Of a stretch of 27,275 bases of DNA, positions 7,668 to 16,068 are shown piece by piece. The stretch's first letter is position 1; each line of letters opens with the position of its first letter. The notes beneath the pieces were generated by a model, which was given only the letters and a program-made list of their open reading frames with translations, did not search any database and had not been told where the DNA came from. A program made the position numbers and the translations under genes. This DNA comes from Candidatus Peregrinibacteria bacterium (GTDB lineage: Bacteria; Patescibacteriota; Gracilibacteria; UBA1369; LOWO2-01-FULL-3), in assembly GCA_014728975.1 (NCBI GenBank), contig WJKQ01000013.1, positions 1-27,275 on the forward strand, in the 5' to 3' direction.

Positions 7668-9058
7668 ACCCACACATTTTCAGAGCTTACGATATAAGAG
7701 GAATCGCGGAAGGACCGGACGCCGATCTTACAGAAGAAACCGCGTACCTGATAGGAAAAGGAACAGGTACCTATCTTCAGAAAATTTACAATACAAAATA
7801 TATAACAGTGGGCCGCGACAACAGACTCTCCGGAGAAAAACTGAAAAACGCTTACATTAAAGGCCTCATAGAAACCGGCGTCAACGTGACCGATGTCGGA
7901 CTTTCCATATCTCCCATGATTTACTGGTCTGTCTGCGCGCTTTCTTTCGACGCCGGAACCAACATCACCGCCAGCCACAACCCGAAAGAATACAACGGAA
8001 TAAAAATCGTAACAAAAAACGCACACTCGATCTGCGGTGATGAACTTCAGGAAATTTTAAAAATAATCGAAGAAAAAAAATTCAAAAAAGCGGACAAAAT
8101 AGGAACGGTTCTTAAAAAAGACATAAAGCAAAAATATCTTGAAGACCTTGCTTCACGTATAAATATAGGACGAAAACTTAAAGTAGCGATCGATACGGGA
8201 AACGGAACCGCCGGCATATTTGCGCCGGCATTTCTGGAAAAAATAGGCTGTGAAGTTGTACCTCTCTACTGCGAACCTGATGGAACATTCCCAAATCATG
8301 AAGCAAATCCCGAAGAATACGAAAATATGAAGGACTTAATCGCTAAAGTCCAAGAAACAAACGCAGATCTGGGCATAGGTTTCGACGGTGACGGCGACCG
8401 TGTCGGAATAGTTGATGAAAAAGGAAAACTCTATTCATCAGACTATATGCTTTACCTTTTAACTTGCGATCTTATCGACAGAATTCCCCATCCGCAAATA
8501 GTCTTCGACGTAAAAGTTTCACAAACCATCATAAACAAAATGAAAAAAATGGGAGCTGTTCCCGTGATGAGCAAAACCGGTCACAGCTTCATCGAAAAAA
8601 AGATGAAAGAAATAAAAGCTCCGCTCGCTGGTGAAGTATCAGGACACCTATTTTTCGCAGAAAATTATTATGGTTTCGATGATGCACTTCTCGCCGCCGG
8701 TAAAATCATTGAAATTATCTCAAATGAAACCCATCCACTCTCCCAAATGTTCAACAGCCTTCCAAAAACATTCACAACACCCGAATTTAAAGCCTCCTGT
8801 CCCGATGACAAAAAATTTCATATAGTCGAAGAACTCGTAGAGTACTTCACTCAAAACTATGATTGTATAACTATAGACGGAGTCCGGATAAATTTTGACA
8901 AAAATTCATGGGGAGCAGTCCGCGCTTCAAACACAAGCCCGAACCTCACTCTCCGTTTTGAAGCCGATTCTGAAGAAAGGCTTAAAGAAATCCAGGCTAT
9001 CATGATAAAACAACTGAAAAAATATCCCGAAATAAACATTTCATGGTACAAACCCTAA
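7664..9058 (+). CDS. Phosphomannomutase/phosphoglucomutase (alpha-D-phosphohexomutase)
   Basis: FRAYDIRG, TASHNP (phosphoserine), DGDGDR (metal loop), GEVSGH, RASNT.P. Confidence 0.93.
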   Translation: MNPHIFRAYDIRGIAEGPDADLTEETAYLIGKGTGTYLQKIYNTKYITVGRDNRLSGEKLKNAYIKGLIETGVNVTDVGLSISPMIYWSVCALSFDAGTNITASHNPKEYNGIKIVTKNAHSICGDELQEILKIIEEKKFKKADKIGTVLKKDIKQKYLEDLASRINIGRKLKVAIDTGNGTAGIFAPAFLEKIGCEVVPLYCEPDGTFPNHEANPEEYENMKDLIAKVQETNADLGIGFDGDGDRVGIVDEKGKLYSSDYMLYLLTCDLIDRIPHPQIVFDVKVSQTIINKMKKMGAVPVMSKTGHSFIEKKMKEIKAPLAGEVSGHLFFAENYYGFDDALLAAGKIIEIISNETHPLSQMFNSLPKTFTTPEFKASCPDDKKFHIVEELVEYFTQNYDCITIDGVRINFDKNSWGAVRASNTSPNLTLRFEADSEERLKEIQAIMIKQLKKYPEINISWYKP

Positions 9059-9059
9059 A

Positions 9060-11966
9060 TTATCTACTTCTGAAAGCACCCGTTTTTTCAAAAACAAACG
9101 AATCCGGCGCCTCGTAAAATATATAAATCGGATCAAAATCACTCTCAGTATCAAGACCTTTGGCCATGTTTTCCTCAACATTTACGGGCACAAGGTCACC
9201 GTAAAAGTTATCATCGGGGTCCCATCTCGTAGTGGAATCTATTCCGTTACATTCTTTATCGTTAGTTAACGGATTTATTCTTTCTCCATAAACTGTCCCT
9301 CCCTGATTAATCTCAATCATTTCCTCAATCGTCAGTGCCTTTCCGCAACTCTGATCAATCGGCAGACCCGCCTCGGACTTTTGAACATCCAGCTTAAACA
9401 ATCTCAAATAATTCAGATCATAAAGCTGGGCCAGACGTCGTTCCTCGGAAGTAACAGGCAGACGAAGGATTTCCCCCGTCCCCAAAAGCAGATAATCTTT
9501 GGGATTTCCCATTGCAACATCAAGATCCGCTCCACCAATGGTATTTCTTGAAGCGATACTTCCCTCAATCAATAGCTGGTTATTCAGAGAATTAACCATA
9601 GCGGTAAAATCAGGCCAGTCCGGAAAACCTGTATTTATATCAATTCCATATAAAGGATCATAAGAAAACAACGAACAATCGGTCACCATATTCGCCTGAA
9701 TATTCTTCACACCGAAATTAATATAAATATTACCATCGGCACATTCGGCATTGTACGGCCTCATTTGTACAACAGCAAGACCGCTGTTTCCGTCGGCCCT
9801 ATAAACATCGTCATCAATAAACAGCCTTCCGCCGTCGATAATCAAAACCCATTTGCCAACCCAGGAATCATCTCCGCCCAAAAGCTCAAGATGGACTTCA
9901 CTGTTTTTAAAATACAGAACATTTTCATCGTTGACGGTTACATAAGCATAACTTTGATCTCCCTTTTTTATACAAGCAACATCCAGGTTTTCTGCATTTA
10001 AAGTTTCAACCGTACACTCATCTTCTTCATTTACACCAACATCGCTCAAATATTTCCTAACATTTTCATTAACGGTATTTCTAACAACATCGATTGCCAC
10101 ATTACCCGTAGCCTGAACCTGGCTCTCCGCGGCAGGACTAAAAGCCTCTGCAGCGTAAATATTACCATGTACAACCGCTACAGGATTCACAACCATGCTT
10201 GTTATGCGCGGCAGTTTATTTCCATAATACGCAACAGTACCCATTCCTCCATCACCTTCAACATAATACTGAATTTCACTGTACAAAGTAGGTCCCTGAG
10301 CAATACTGCAGGGATACTGCTCTTCATTTTCAGGATCATAATCGGGAAGCGCCGCAACCGCCTGAACATCCATTTCCGAACCTAAATTTTCATCCTTAAC
10401 CTGAAACGAATCCTGTTCATTATGCAAAAACAGAAAATCAAAATCCATTACATTTTTTCCTTTTTCCGTACAAGAATCTATTGTTTCCAGCTCCTCATAA
10501 TCCAGTATAAAATCAATTATTATATCTTCAAAACTGAAGTCGCCGTTTGTTGTAGTTCCCACTCTAAAATTCGTAGGAATTCCTCTGTATGCGAGAATCG
10601 TATCCTGCAGATCATTCGCATATAAAGTGTTCACCTCCACAGGCGGTCTGAATTTAAAAGATAATCCATCCTTACCGTTTGGATATACAACCTGTGGTTG
10701 TACTACAGGTTTACCGTCTTTGTCGACAAGCTCAAATTCTATACTCTCCAGTTTCAAAATATTCTGCTCAATATCGTCGGTCCAGGGCTCTTTATCATCG
10801 TCAACCAGTTCGGTAAAGAAATATTCGTTAAAGAAGGGAACAGGAGGCTGGATACTTGTAGTATATGAAATATTCGCATTCGTGGTCGGCGCATAAGAAC
10901 GGATATCCTCATCTAAAAGATAGTGTCCCGGATCTCCAGTCACTTCTTCAAAATCATCCAAACTAACCGCCACAGGTTTATAAACAACAGCTCCACAACC
11001 GTCTCTCCACGGAGTTTCAATATCATTCAAAGTTTTTTTTCCACACCTATTGGCATCTTCTTCAGCTGTATTTCCGGTCAATTGATTAATTTTTACAGTA
11101 TCTATCCAGTTTAATTTTAAATCTTTAAGCTGATATTCAGTCATGTCAAGAGGCGTAACCCCGTCTTCCTCCCTTAAATATAAATGAATTTCATAATGTT
11201 CATCCCCGTCCGCCAGTTTAATATCATCGAGATCACCAATTGAAATATCCCCTACTTCATCGGGATCCGGATCAACCTGAACGCAAAGCCAAGGTCTACC
11301 ATCACACCATTCTTCGGTTATCTCGATTTCCTCCCCCGGAAGCTCGACAACCACACCGCTAAAATCAATCCAGACCTCTGCCTCACTCCATGCGTAGCCG
11401 CTTAGTTCTCCGGTAGCATTCATCGTAACTCCGCCAAAATAGGCAGGATCAAAATCTATATAACCAAGTGCTTCATTCCACGCATTACCTGAAATTTGAC
11501 GTATCCCTCCTTTTTCCGCATAAATTTCAACTTTGTAATCCCAGTCTCCACAATTTACGCCCTCATTCTCTCCAACTCCGCTTTCTCCGTCACAATAGAA
11601 AGAGATAAACCCGACGTCATCACTCCATCCGTATCCCCTTAAAATATATTCATCGGTCCCCCGCGGAAAAGAACTATCCTCATCAGAAGCACACGCAGCA
11701 TACTGTCTGGTACCGGGCGCAAGACCCCATTCATCAGTAATTCCTATTATAGACAAATCAACCGTTTGGTTCGCGTCCGGATTAGGACTCTGATGAGCAT
11801 CAAAATAAAACTTACCGACATTTGCATTTGTAAGAGTCGTTTCACCCATTACTTTTCCGGTGCAAACCGTATCCCCTTCAGCAAAAGCCTCTTCCCCAAT
11901 CATCATAATTAACACTAAAAGCAAAACACCTGACTGCGCAAAAAGCTTAAATATCCTAAAAATCAT
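9060..11966 (-). CDS. Large acidic exported protein (968 aa), putative surface/adhesin-type
   Basis: Signal peptide ending AFA. Three G(Y/N)(A/G)W(S/N)...(I)(S/D)F repeats, many Cys, and a C-terminal low-twist beta-rich segment (GGRLFIDDDV, GNIYIN, QLLIEGSIAS.NTIGG). Confidence 0.8.
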   Translation of the reverse strand: MIFRIFKLFAQSGVLLLVLIMMIGEEAFAEGDTVCTGKVMGETTLTNANVGKFYFDAHQSPNPDANQTVDLSIIGITDEWGLAPGTRQYAACASDEDSSFPRGTDEYILRGYGWSDDVGFISFYCDGESGVGENEGVNCGDWDYKVEIYAEKGGIRQISGNAWNEALGYIDFDPAYFGGVTMNATGELSGYAWSEAEVWIDFSGVVVELPGEEIEITEEWCDGRPWLCVQVDPDPDEVGDISIGDLDDIKLADGDEHYEIHLYLREEDGVTPLDMTEYQLKDLKLNWIDTVKINQLTGNTAEEDANRCGKKTLNDIETPWRDGCGAVVYKPVAVSLDDFEEVTGDPGHYLLDEDIRSYAPTTNANISYTTSIQPPVPFFNEYFFTELVDDDKEPWTDDIEQNILKLESIEFELVDKDGKPVVQPQVVYPNGKDGLSFKFRPPVEVNTLYANDLQDTILAYRGIPTNFRVGTTTNGDFSFEDIIIDFILDYEELETIDSCTEKGKNVMDFDFLFLHNEQDSFQVKDENLGSEMDVQAVAALPDYDPENEEQYPCSIAQGPTLYSEIQYYVEGDGGMGTVAYYGNKLPRITSMVVNPVAVVHGNIYAAEAFSPAAESQVQATGNVAIDVVRNTVNENVRKYLSDVGVNEEDECTVETLNAENLDVACIKKGDQSYAYVTVNDENVLYFKNSEVHLELLGGDDSWVGKWVLIIDGGRLFIDDDVYRADGNSGLAVVQMRPYNAECADGNIYINFGVKNIQANMVTDCSLFSYDPLYGIDINTGFPDWPDFTAMVNSLNNQLLIEGSIASRNTIGGADLDVAMGNPKDYLLLGTGEILRLPVTSEERRLAQLYDLNYLRLFKLDVQKSEAGLPIDQSCGKALTIEEMIEINQGGTVYGERINPLTNDKECNGIDSTTRWDPDDNFYGDLVPVNVEENMAKGLDTESDFDPIYIFYEAPDSFVFEKTGAFRSR

Positions 11967-11995
11967 CTTTTTATTTTTTATTTTTCCTTTAATTG

Positions 11996-12004
11996 ATTAT
12001 ACCA
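11996..12004 (-). promoter_or_regulatory. Extended -10 promoter element for the 968-aa gene
   Basis: TGGTATAAT (TGn-TATAAT) on the minus strand about 30 nt before the ATG, followed by AAAGGA. Confidence 0.4.
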
Positions 12005-12038
12005 TAAAAGGCCTCAAAAATAAAGGCAGCTATTACAG

Positions 12039-14333
12039 CTATTTCTCTTTTTTCTTTGAAATTTCATCGAAGGATACAACCTTGCCTTCCTTATTTTCCA
12101 CCATCAGCTTGCCGGTTTTTTTATCGATTTTTACAGGTTTATACCATGTTGCAAATTTGCAGTTCGGAAATTTGTTGCATCCCCAAAAGATTCTTCCCCC
12201 TTTTCTGGTCCTCCTTTCCACAAGCTGACCTGTTTTACATTTGGGACACTTTACTCCTGAAAAAACAACAATCGATTTTATGTTTTTACATTCCGGATAA
12301 TTACTGCACCCCAAAAAAGGTCCATATCTTCCCACTTTAACCTCCATCAAAGCTCCACATTTCTCACACTTCTTTCCTTTAAACTTTTCCTTAAGTTCAG
12401 CCACAACCTTTGATTCCTTAACTTCTTCCCTGGTCTCATTGTCTTTAAGAGGTCTGGCATTTTTACACTCCGGATAATTACTGCAGGACAAAAATTTTCC
12501 AAACCTTCCCAACTTGATAACCATATTGGAACCGCACTTTTCGCATATCTCATCGGACTCTTCATTAACAATATCCTCTTTTTTGAGAACTTTCTCTTTT
12601 TCTTCAATTTTTTTATGAAACGGCTCATAAAATTCCCTTACCATTGGAACCCACTCCTCTTTTCCCTCTTCAACCTTGTCCAGTTTATCTTCCATTTCAG
12701 CAGTAAATTTATAGTCAACAATTTTCTCAAAATTCTTCACAAGAAGATCAGTCACAACCATAGCCAAATCTGTAGGCTTTAAGGCTTTTCCTTCCTTCTC
12801 AATATAGCCTCTGGCCATAATCGTACTGATTGTAGGCGCGTAGGTACTCGGCCTTCCGATACCTTCACTTTCAAGTTTTTTGACAAGCGAAGCTTCAGTA
12901 TATCTCGCGGGCGGTTTTGTAAAATGCTGGGAACTGTCAAGACGATCAAGATCAACCGTTTCCCCCTCGGAAAGTTCAGGCAATATTTTCTCATCGTCAC
13001 CAAGCCCCTTATCTTCTTCATGATCTTTTCCTTCCATATAAACTTCCATAAAACCCGGAAACTTTATGGTCTGGCCGGTCGCTCTGAAAATATATCCAAT
13101 GGATTTTCCATTTTTTTCCGCTTCAATATCAGCAGCCGTCTTGTTAAGAATTGCCTCCTTCATCTGACTTGCAACAGCCCTCTTCCATACAAGTTCATAC
13201 AAACGCAATTGATCCTTGTTTAGAAACAAAGATACATCCTTCGGCTTAAGCCTGAAATTAACCGGACGAATAGCTTCATGAGCCTCCTGTGCTCCCTTTT
13301 TTCCTTTATATCTTCTTGGAGAATCCAGCGAAAACTTCTCCCCAAATTCTTTTTCAATAATATATTTAGCCGCTTCAAGCGCTTCATTGGCCATATTTAC
13401 ACTGTCCGTCCTCATATAAGTAATAAGACCGACTTCGCCGCTTCCAACATCTATACCTTCATAAAGCTGTTGGGCAATCATCATTGTCTTTTTTACAGAA
13501 AACCCCAGCTTCCTTGAAGCCTCCTGCTGTAAAGTCGAAGTTATAAACGGCGGAGCCGGATTTCTCTTAATCTCTTTCTTTTCCACCTTAGCAACCTTAT
13601 AGTCTGCTTTTTCCAAATCTTTAAGAACCTTTTGCGCCTCTATTTTGTTGCTGATTTTCAATTTCTTGTCTTCATACTTTTGCAGTTCGGCTTCAAAAGT
13701 TTTTTCAGCGTCCTTTAACGTTTTATCCTGTTTTTCAAACATACCCATGATCTTCCAGAATTCTTCGGGCTCAAAAGCCTCAATTTCTCTTTCCCTCTCA
13801 ACAACAAGCCTCACAGCAACACTCTGAACACGGCCTGCTGAAAGACCGTACCTGATCTTTTTCCACAAAAGCGGCGATAATTCATACCCCACAAGCCTGT
13901 CCAGAACACGTCTTGCCTGCTGTGCGTTAACAATATTTTCTTCTATATAACGCGAATGTATCATAGCGTCTTTTATTGCCTTTTCCGTAATTTCATGAAA
14001 AACGATACGCTTTACCGGTACGTTAAACTTATCTACATCCAAAGCTGAAATAAGATGCCAACCTATAGCCTCCCCCTCCCTGTCCTCATCCGTTGCAATC
14101 CAGAGAGTGTCCGCTTTTTTCAGCTCATCTTTGATTTGCTTTATAACTTTCTTTTTATCAACCGAAATCAGATAATTCGGTTTAAAGCCTCGCTCTATAT
14201 CTATTCCCATTTTTGACTTCGGAAGATCTCTCACATGGCCCATCGATGCCATAATTTTATAACCCGCTCCCAAAAACCTGGAAATTGTTTTAGCTTTTGC
14301 GGGAGACTCAACTACAACCAAATTTTTCTTCAT
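12039..14333 (-). CDS. topA: DNA topoisomerase I with three C4 zinc ribbons
   Basis: VVVESPAKAKTI, ATDEDREGE, SAGRVQS, catalytic GLITYMRTDS, AQEAHEAIRP, GIGRPSTYA; three CxxC...C.NYP.C repeats. Confidence 0.98.
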   Translation of the reverse strand: MKKNLVVVESPAKAKTISRFLGAGYKIMASMGHVRDLPKSKMGIDIERGFKPNYLISVDKKKVIKQIKDELKKADTLWIATDEDREGEAIGWHLISALDVDKFNVPVKRIVFHEITEKAIKDAMIHSRYIEENIVNAQQARRVLDRLVGYELSPLLWKKIRYGLSAGRVQSVAVRLVVEREREIEAFEPEEFWKIMGMFEKQDKTLKDAEKTFEAELQKYEDKKLKISNKIEAQKVLKDLEKADYKVAKVEKKEIKRNPAPPFITSTLQQEASRKLGFSVKKTMMIAQQLYEGIDVGSGEVGLITYMRTDSVNMANEALEAAKYIIEKEFGEKFSLDSPRRYKGKKGAQEAHEAIRPVNFRLKPKDVSLFLNKDQLRLYELVWKRAVASQMKEAILNKTAADIEAEKNGKSIGYIFRATGQTIKFPGFMEVYMEGKDHEEDKGLGDDEKILPELSEGETVDLDRLDSSQHFTKPPARYTEASLVKKLESEGIGRPSTYAPTISTIMARGYIEKEGKALKPTDLAMVVTDLLVKNFEKIVDYKFTAEMEDKLDKVEEGKEEWVPMVREFYEPFHKKIEEKEKVLKKEDIVNEESDEICEKCGSNMVIKLGRFGKFLSCSNYPECKNARPLKDNETREEVKESKVVAELKEKFKGKKCEKCGALMEVKVGRYGPFLGCSNYPECKNIKSIVVFSGVKCPKCKTGQLVERRTRKGGRIFWGCNKFPNCKFATWYKPVKIDKKTGKLMVENKEGKVVSFDEISKKKEK

Positions 14334-14546
14334 AAAAACAAATTACATTTTCTCAATACTTATATAAATTATACTCTCTCGTCAACAAAATACTTGTTTC
14401 AGATTATTCGCTTATACATCTTAAGAACAAGTTTCTTAATCTTGCAAGTAAAAATATTTTGGCTAAAACAAGCCAAAAAACTAACATTTTTGCATAAAAA
14501 ACCACGATTTTCCCCTAAAAGTAAAGGTTTTTTCCAAAAATATCTC

Positions 14547-14574
14547 TTGATTTACTCATATTAGCCCCTATAAT
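14547..14574 (+). promoter_or_regulatory. Sigma70-type promoter for hup
   Basis: TTGATT-N16-TATAAT, 45 nt upstream of the ATG. Confidence 0.55.
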
Positions 14575-14619
14575 ACGATCTGGTTTCAACAAACCTATTT
14601 ATTTACTAACCAAACTACT

Positions 14620-14895
14620 ATGACAAAACAAGATTTAGTAGCTGGTGCAGCACAAGCAGCGGGAGTTACAAAAAAAGCCGCTGGAGAAGTTCTAGACGCA
14701 GTTCTAGACATGGTTACAAAAAGCCTTAAAAAAGGTGAAAACGTAACAATCACAGGATTCGGAACATTCCGCGTTTCTAAAAGAGCTGCAAGAACCGGAG
14801 TAAACCCACGAAACCCAAGCGAAAAAATCAAGATCCCATCTATGAAACTACCTGCTTTCAAAGCTGGTAAATCTCTAAAAGACGCTGTCAGATAA
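14620..14895 (+). CDS. hup: Histone-like DNA-binding protein HU
   Basis: MTKQDLV, GFGTF, R.ARTGVNP, PAFKAGKSLKDAV. Confidence 0.97.
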   Translation: MTKQDLVAGAAQAAGVTKKAAGEVLDAVLDMVTKSLKKGENVTITGFGTFRVSKRAARTGVNPRNPSEKIKIPSMKLPAFKAGKSLKDAVR

Positions 14896-14919
14896 GAGAT
14901 TTCATAAAAAAGAATAAGA

Positions 14920-14953
14920 GGGCCGCCGATAACCAAATCGGAGGCCTTTTTTT
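14920..14953 (+). terminator. Rho-independent terminator after hup
   Basis: GGCC-G-CCGAT / ATCGG-A-GGCC stem with a 6-nt loop, followed by T7. Confidence 0.75.
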
Positions 14954-14964
14954 CTATCCCTCAC

Positions 14965-14993
14965 TTGAAAAACCTCATCAAAACCTTTAAATT
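14965..14993 (+). promoter_or_regulatory. Sigma70-type promoter for pheST
   Basis: TTGAAA-N17-TAAATT directly after the hup terminator. Confidence 0.45.
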
Positions 14994-15026
14994 TAAGTCC
15001 GTATAAATTTCCGAATAAGATCCATT

Positions 15027-16067
15027 GTGGAGAAAAAACTTAAAAATCTTGAAGAGGAATGCCTTAAAGCTGTAATAAAAGCCGAAAATTTAGAAGAACT
15101 CAAAAAGCTTGAAATAAAATACCTTGGAAGAAAAGGAAAACTCACTCTCATACTACGCGGGCTTAAAGATCTCCCCAAAGAACAAAAGCCTCTAATCGGA
15201 AAACTTTCAAACGAAGTAAAAAATACTCTTGAAAAAGCTTTTGAAGAAAAAAAACAGAAGCTGGAAAGCGCCGGCATAGAAAAAGAGTTAAAAAAAGAAT
15301 TTTTCGATACCACTATCCCCGGAAAGGCGCGCAAAATAGGCCATATACACCCCATTTCACGCCTTCAGGAAGAGGTTGAAAGGATATTTTCACAAATGGG
15401 ATTTGCTATTATGGACGGCCCCGAAGCGGAATCGGAATATTACAATTTTGAAGGACTTAATATCCCCGAAGACCACCCTGCAAGAGATATGCAGGATACT
15501 TTCTTCATAAAAGGAAAAGGAGATAAAAAGCATGGAAGAATGGTCCTGCGCACCCACACCTCACCAGTCCAGATCAGGACTATGGAAAAATACGGAGCAC
15601 CCTTGAGAGTGATCATACCGGGACGCTGTTTTCGCTATGAGGCTACTGACGCGAGCCATGATTCAACTTTTTACCAGGTGGAAGGACTGCTTGTGGATGA
15701 AAAAACATCTTTGGGACATCTAAAAGGAATCCTTGCGGAGTTTCTTACAAGATTGTTTTCAAAACCTGTAAAAATACGCTTTCGACCAGGTTACTTCCCC
15801 TTTGTAGAACCGGGCCTGGAAGTCGATTTTTCCTGTTTCATCTGCAAAGGAAAAGGATGCCGGGTTTGCAAACACACCGGCTGGATTGAATTTATGGGTG
15901 CGGGAATGGTACACGAAAATGTTCTAAAATCCGGCGGAATCGACTCAAAAAAATACCAGGGATGGGCTTTCGGTTTTGGACTAACCCGACTGACCATGAT
16001 GAGACACGAGATAGACGATATAAGACTTCTGACAAGCGGAAATTTACGTTTTATTAAGCAATTTTAA
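15027..16067 (+). CDS. pheS: Phenylalanyl-tRNA synthetase alpha subunit
   Basis: GTG start; YLGRKGKL, HPARDMQDTF, LRTHTSPVQ, FYQVEGL, YFPFVEP, GWAFGFG..R. Confidence 0.98.
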   Translation: MEKKLKNLEEECLKAVIKAENLEELKKLEIKYLGRKGKLTLILRGLKDLPKEQKPLIGKLSNEVKNTLEKAFEEKKQKLESAGIEKELKKEFFDTTIPGKARKIGHIHPISRLQEEVERIFSQMGFAIMDGPEAESEYYNFEGLNIPEDHPARDMQDTFFIKGKGDKKHGRMVLRTHTSPVQIRTMEKYGAPLRVIIPGRCFRYEATDASHDSTFYQVEGLLVDEKTSLGHLKGILAEFLTRLFSKPVKIRFRPGYFPFVEPGLEVDFSCFICKGKGCRVCKHTGWIEFMGAGMVHENVLKSGGIDSKKYQGWAFGFGLTRLTMMRHEIDDIRLLTSGNLRFIKQF

Positions 16068-16068
16068 T

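Noticed and set aside
7520-8026. 168-aa antisense ORF and the other short track ORFs nested in long genes
   Set aside because: They are shadow frames of well-supported genes, with no motifs and Phe/Ile/Ser-rich composition typical of reverse-read A-rich DNA.
12283-12485. Near-identical 26-nt repeat (TTTTTACAyTCCGGATAATTACTGCA) in topA
   Set aside because: It encodes the conserved CSNYPECK of tandem zinc ribbons; an ordinary domain duplication.
14954-15026. T-box leader upstream of pheS
   Set aside because: Only about 70 nt are available, with no T-box sequence (TGGNACCGCG) or antiterminator; a simple promoter explains the gap.
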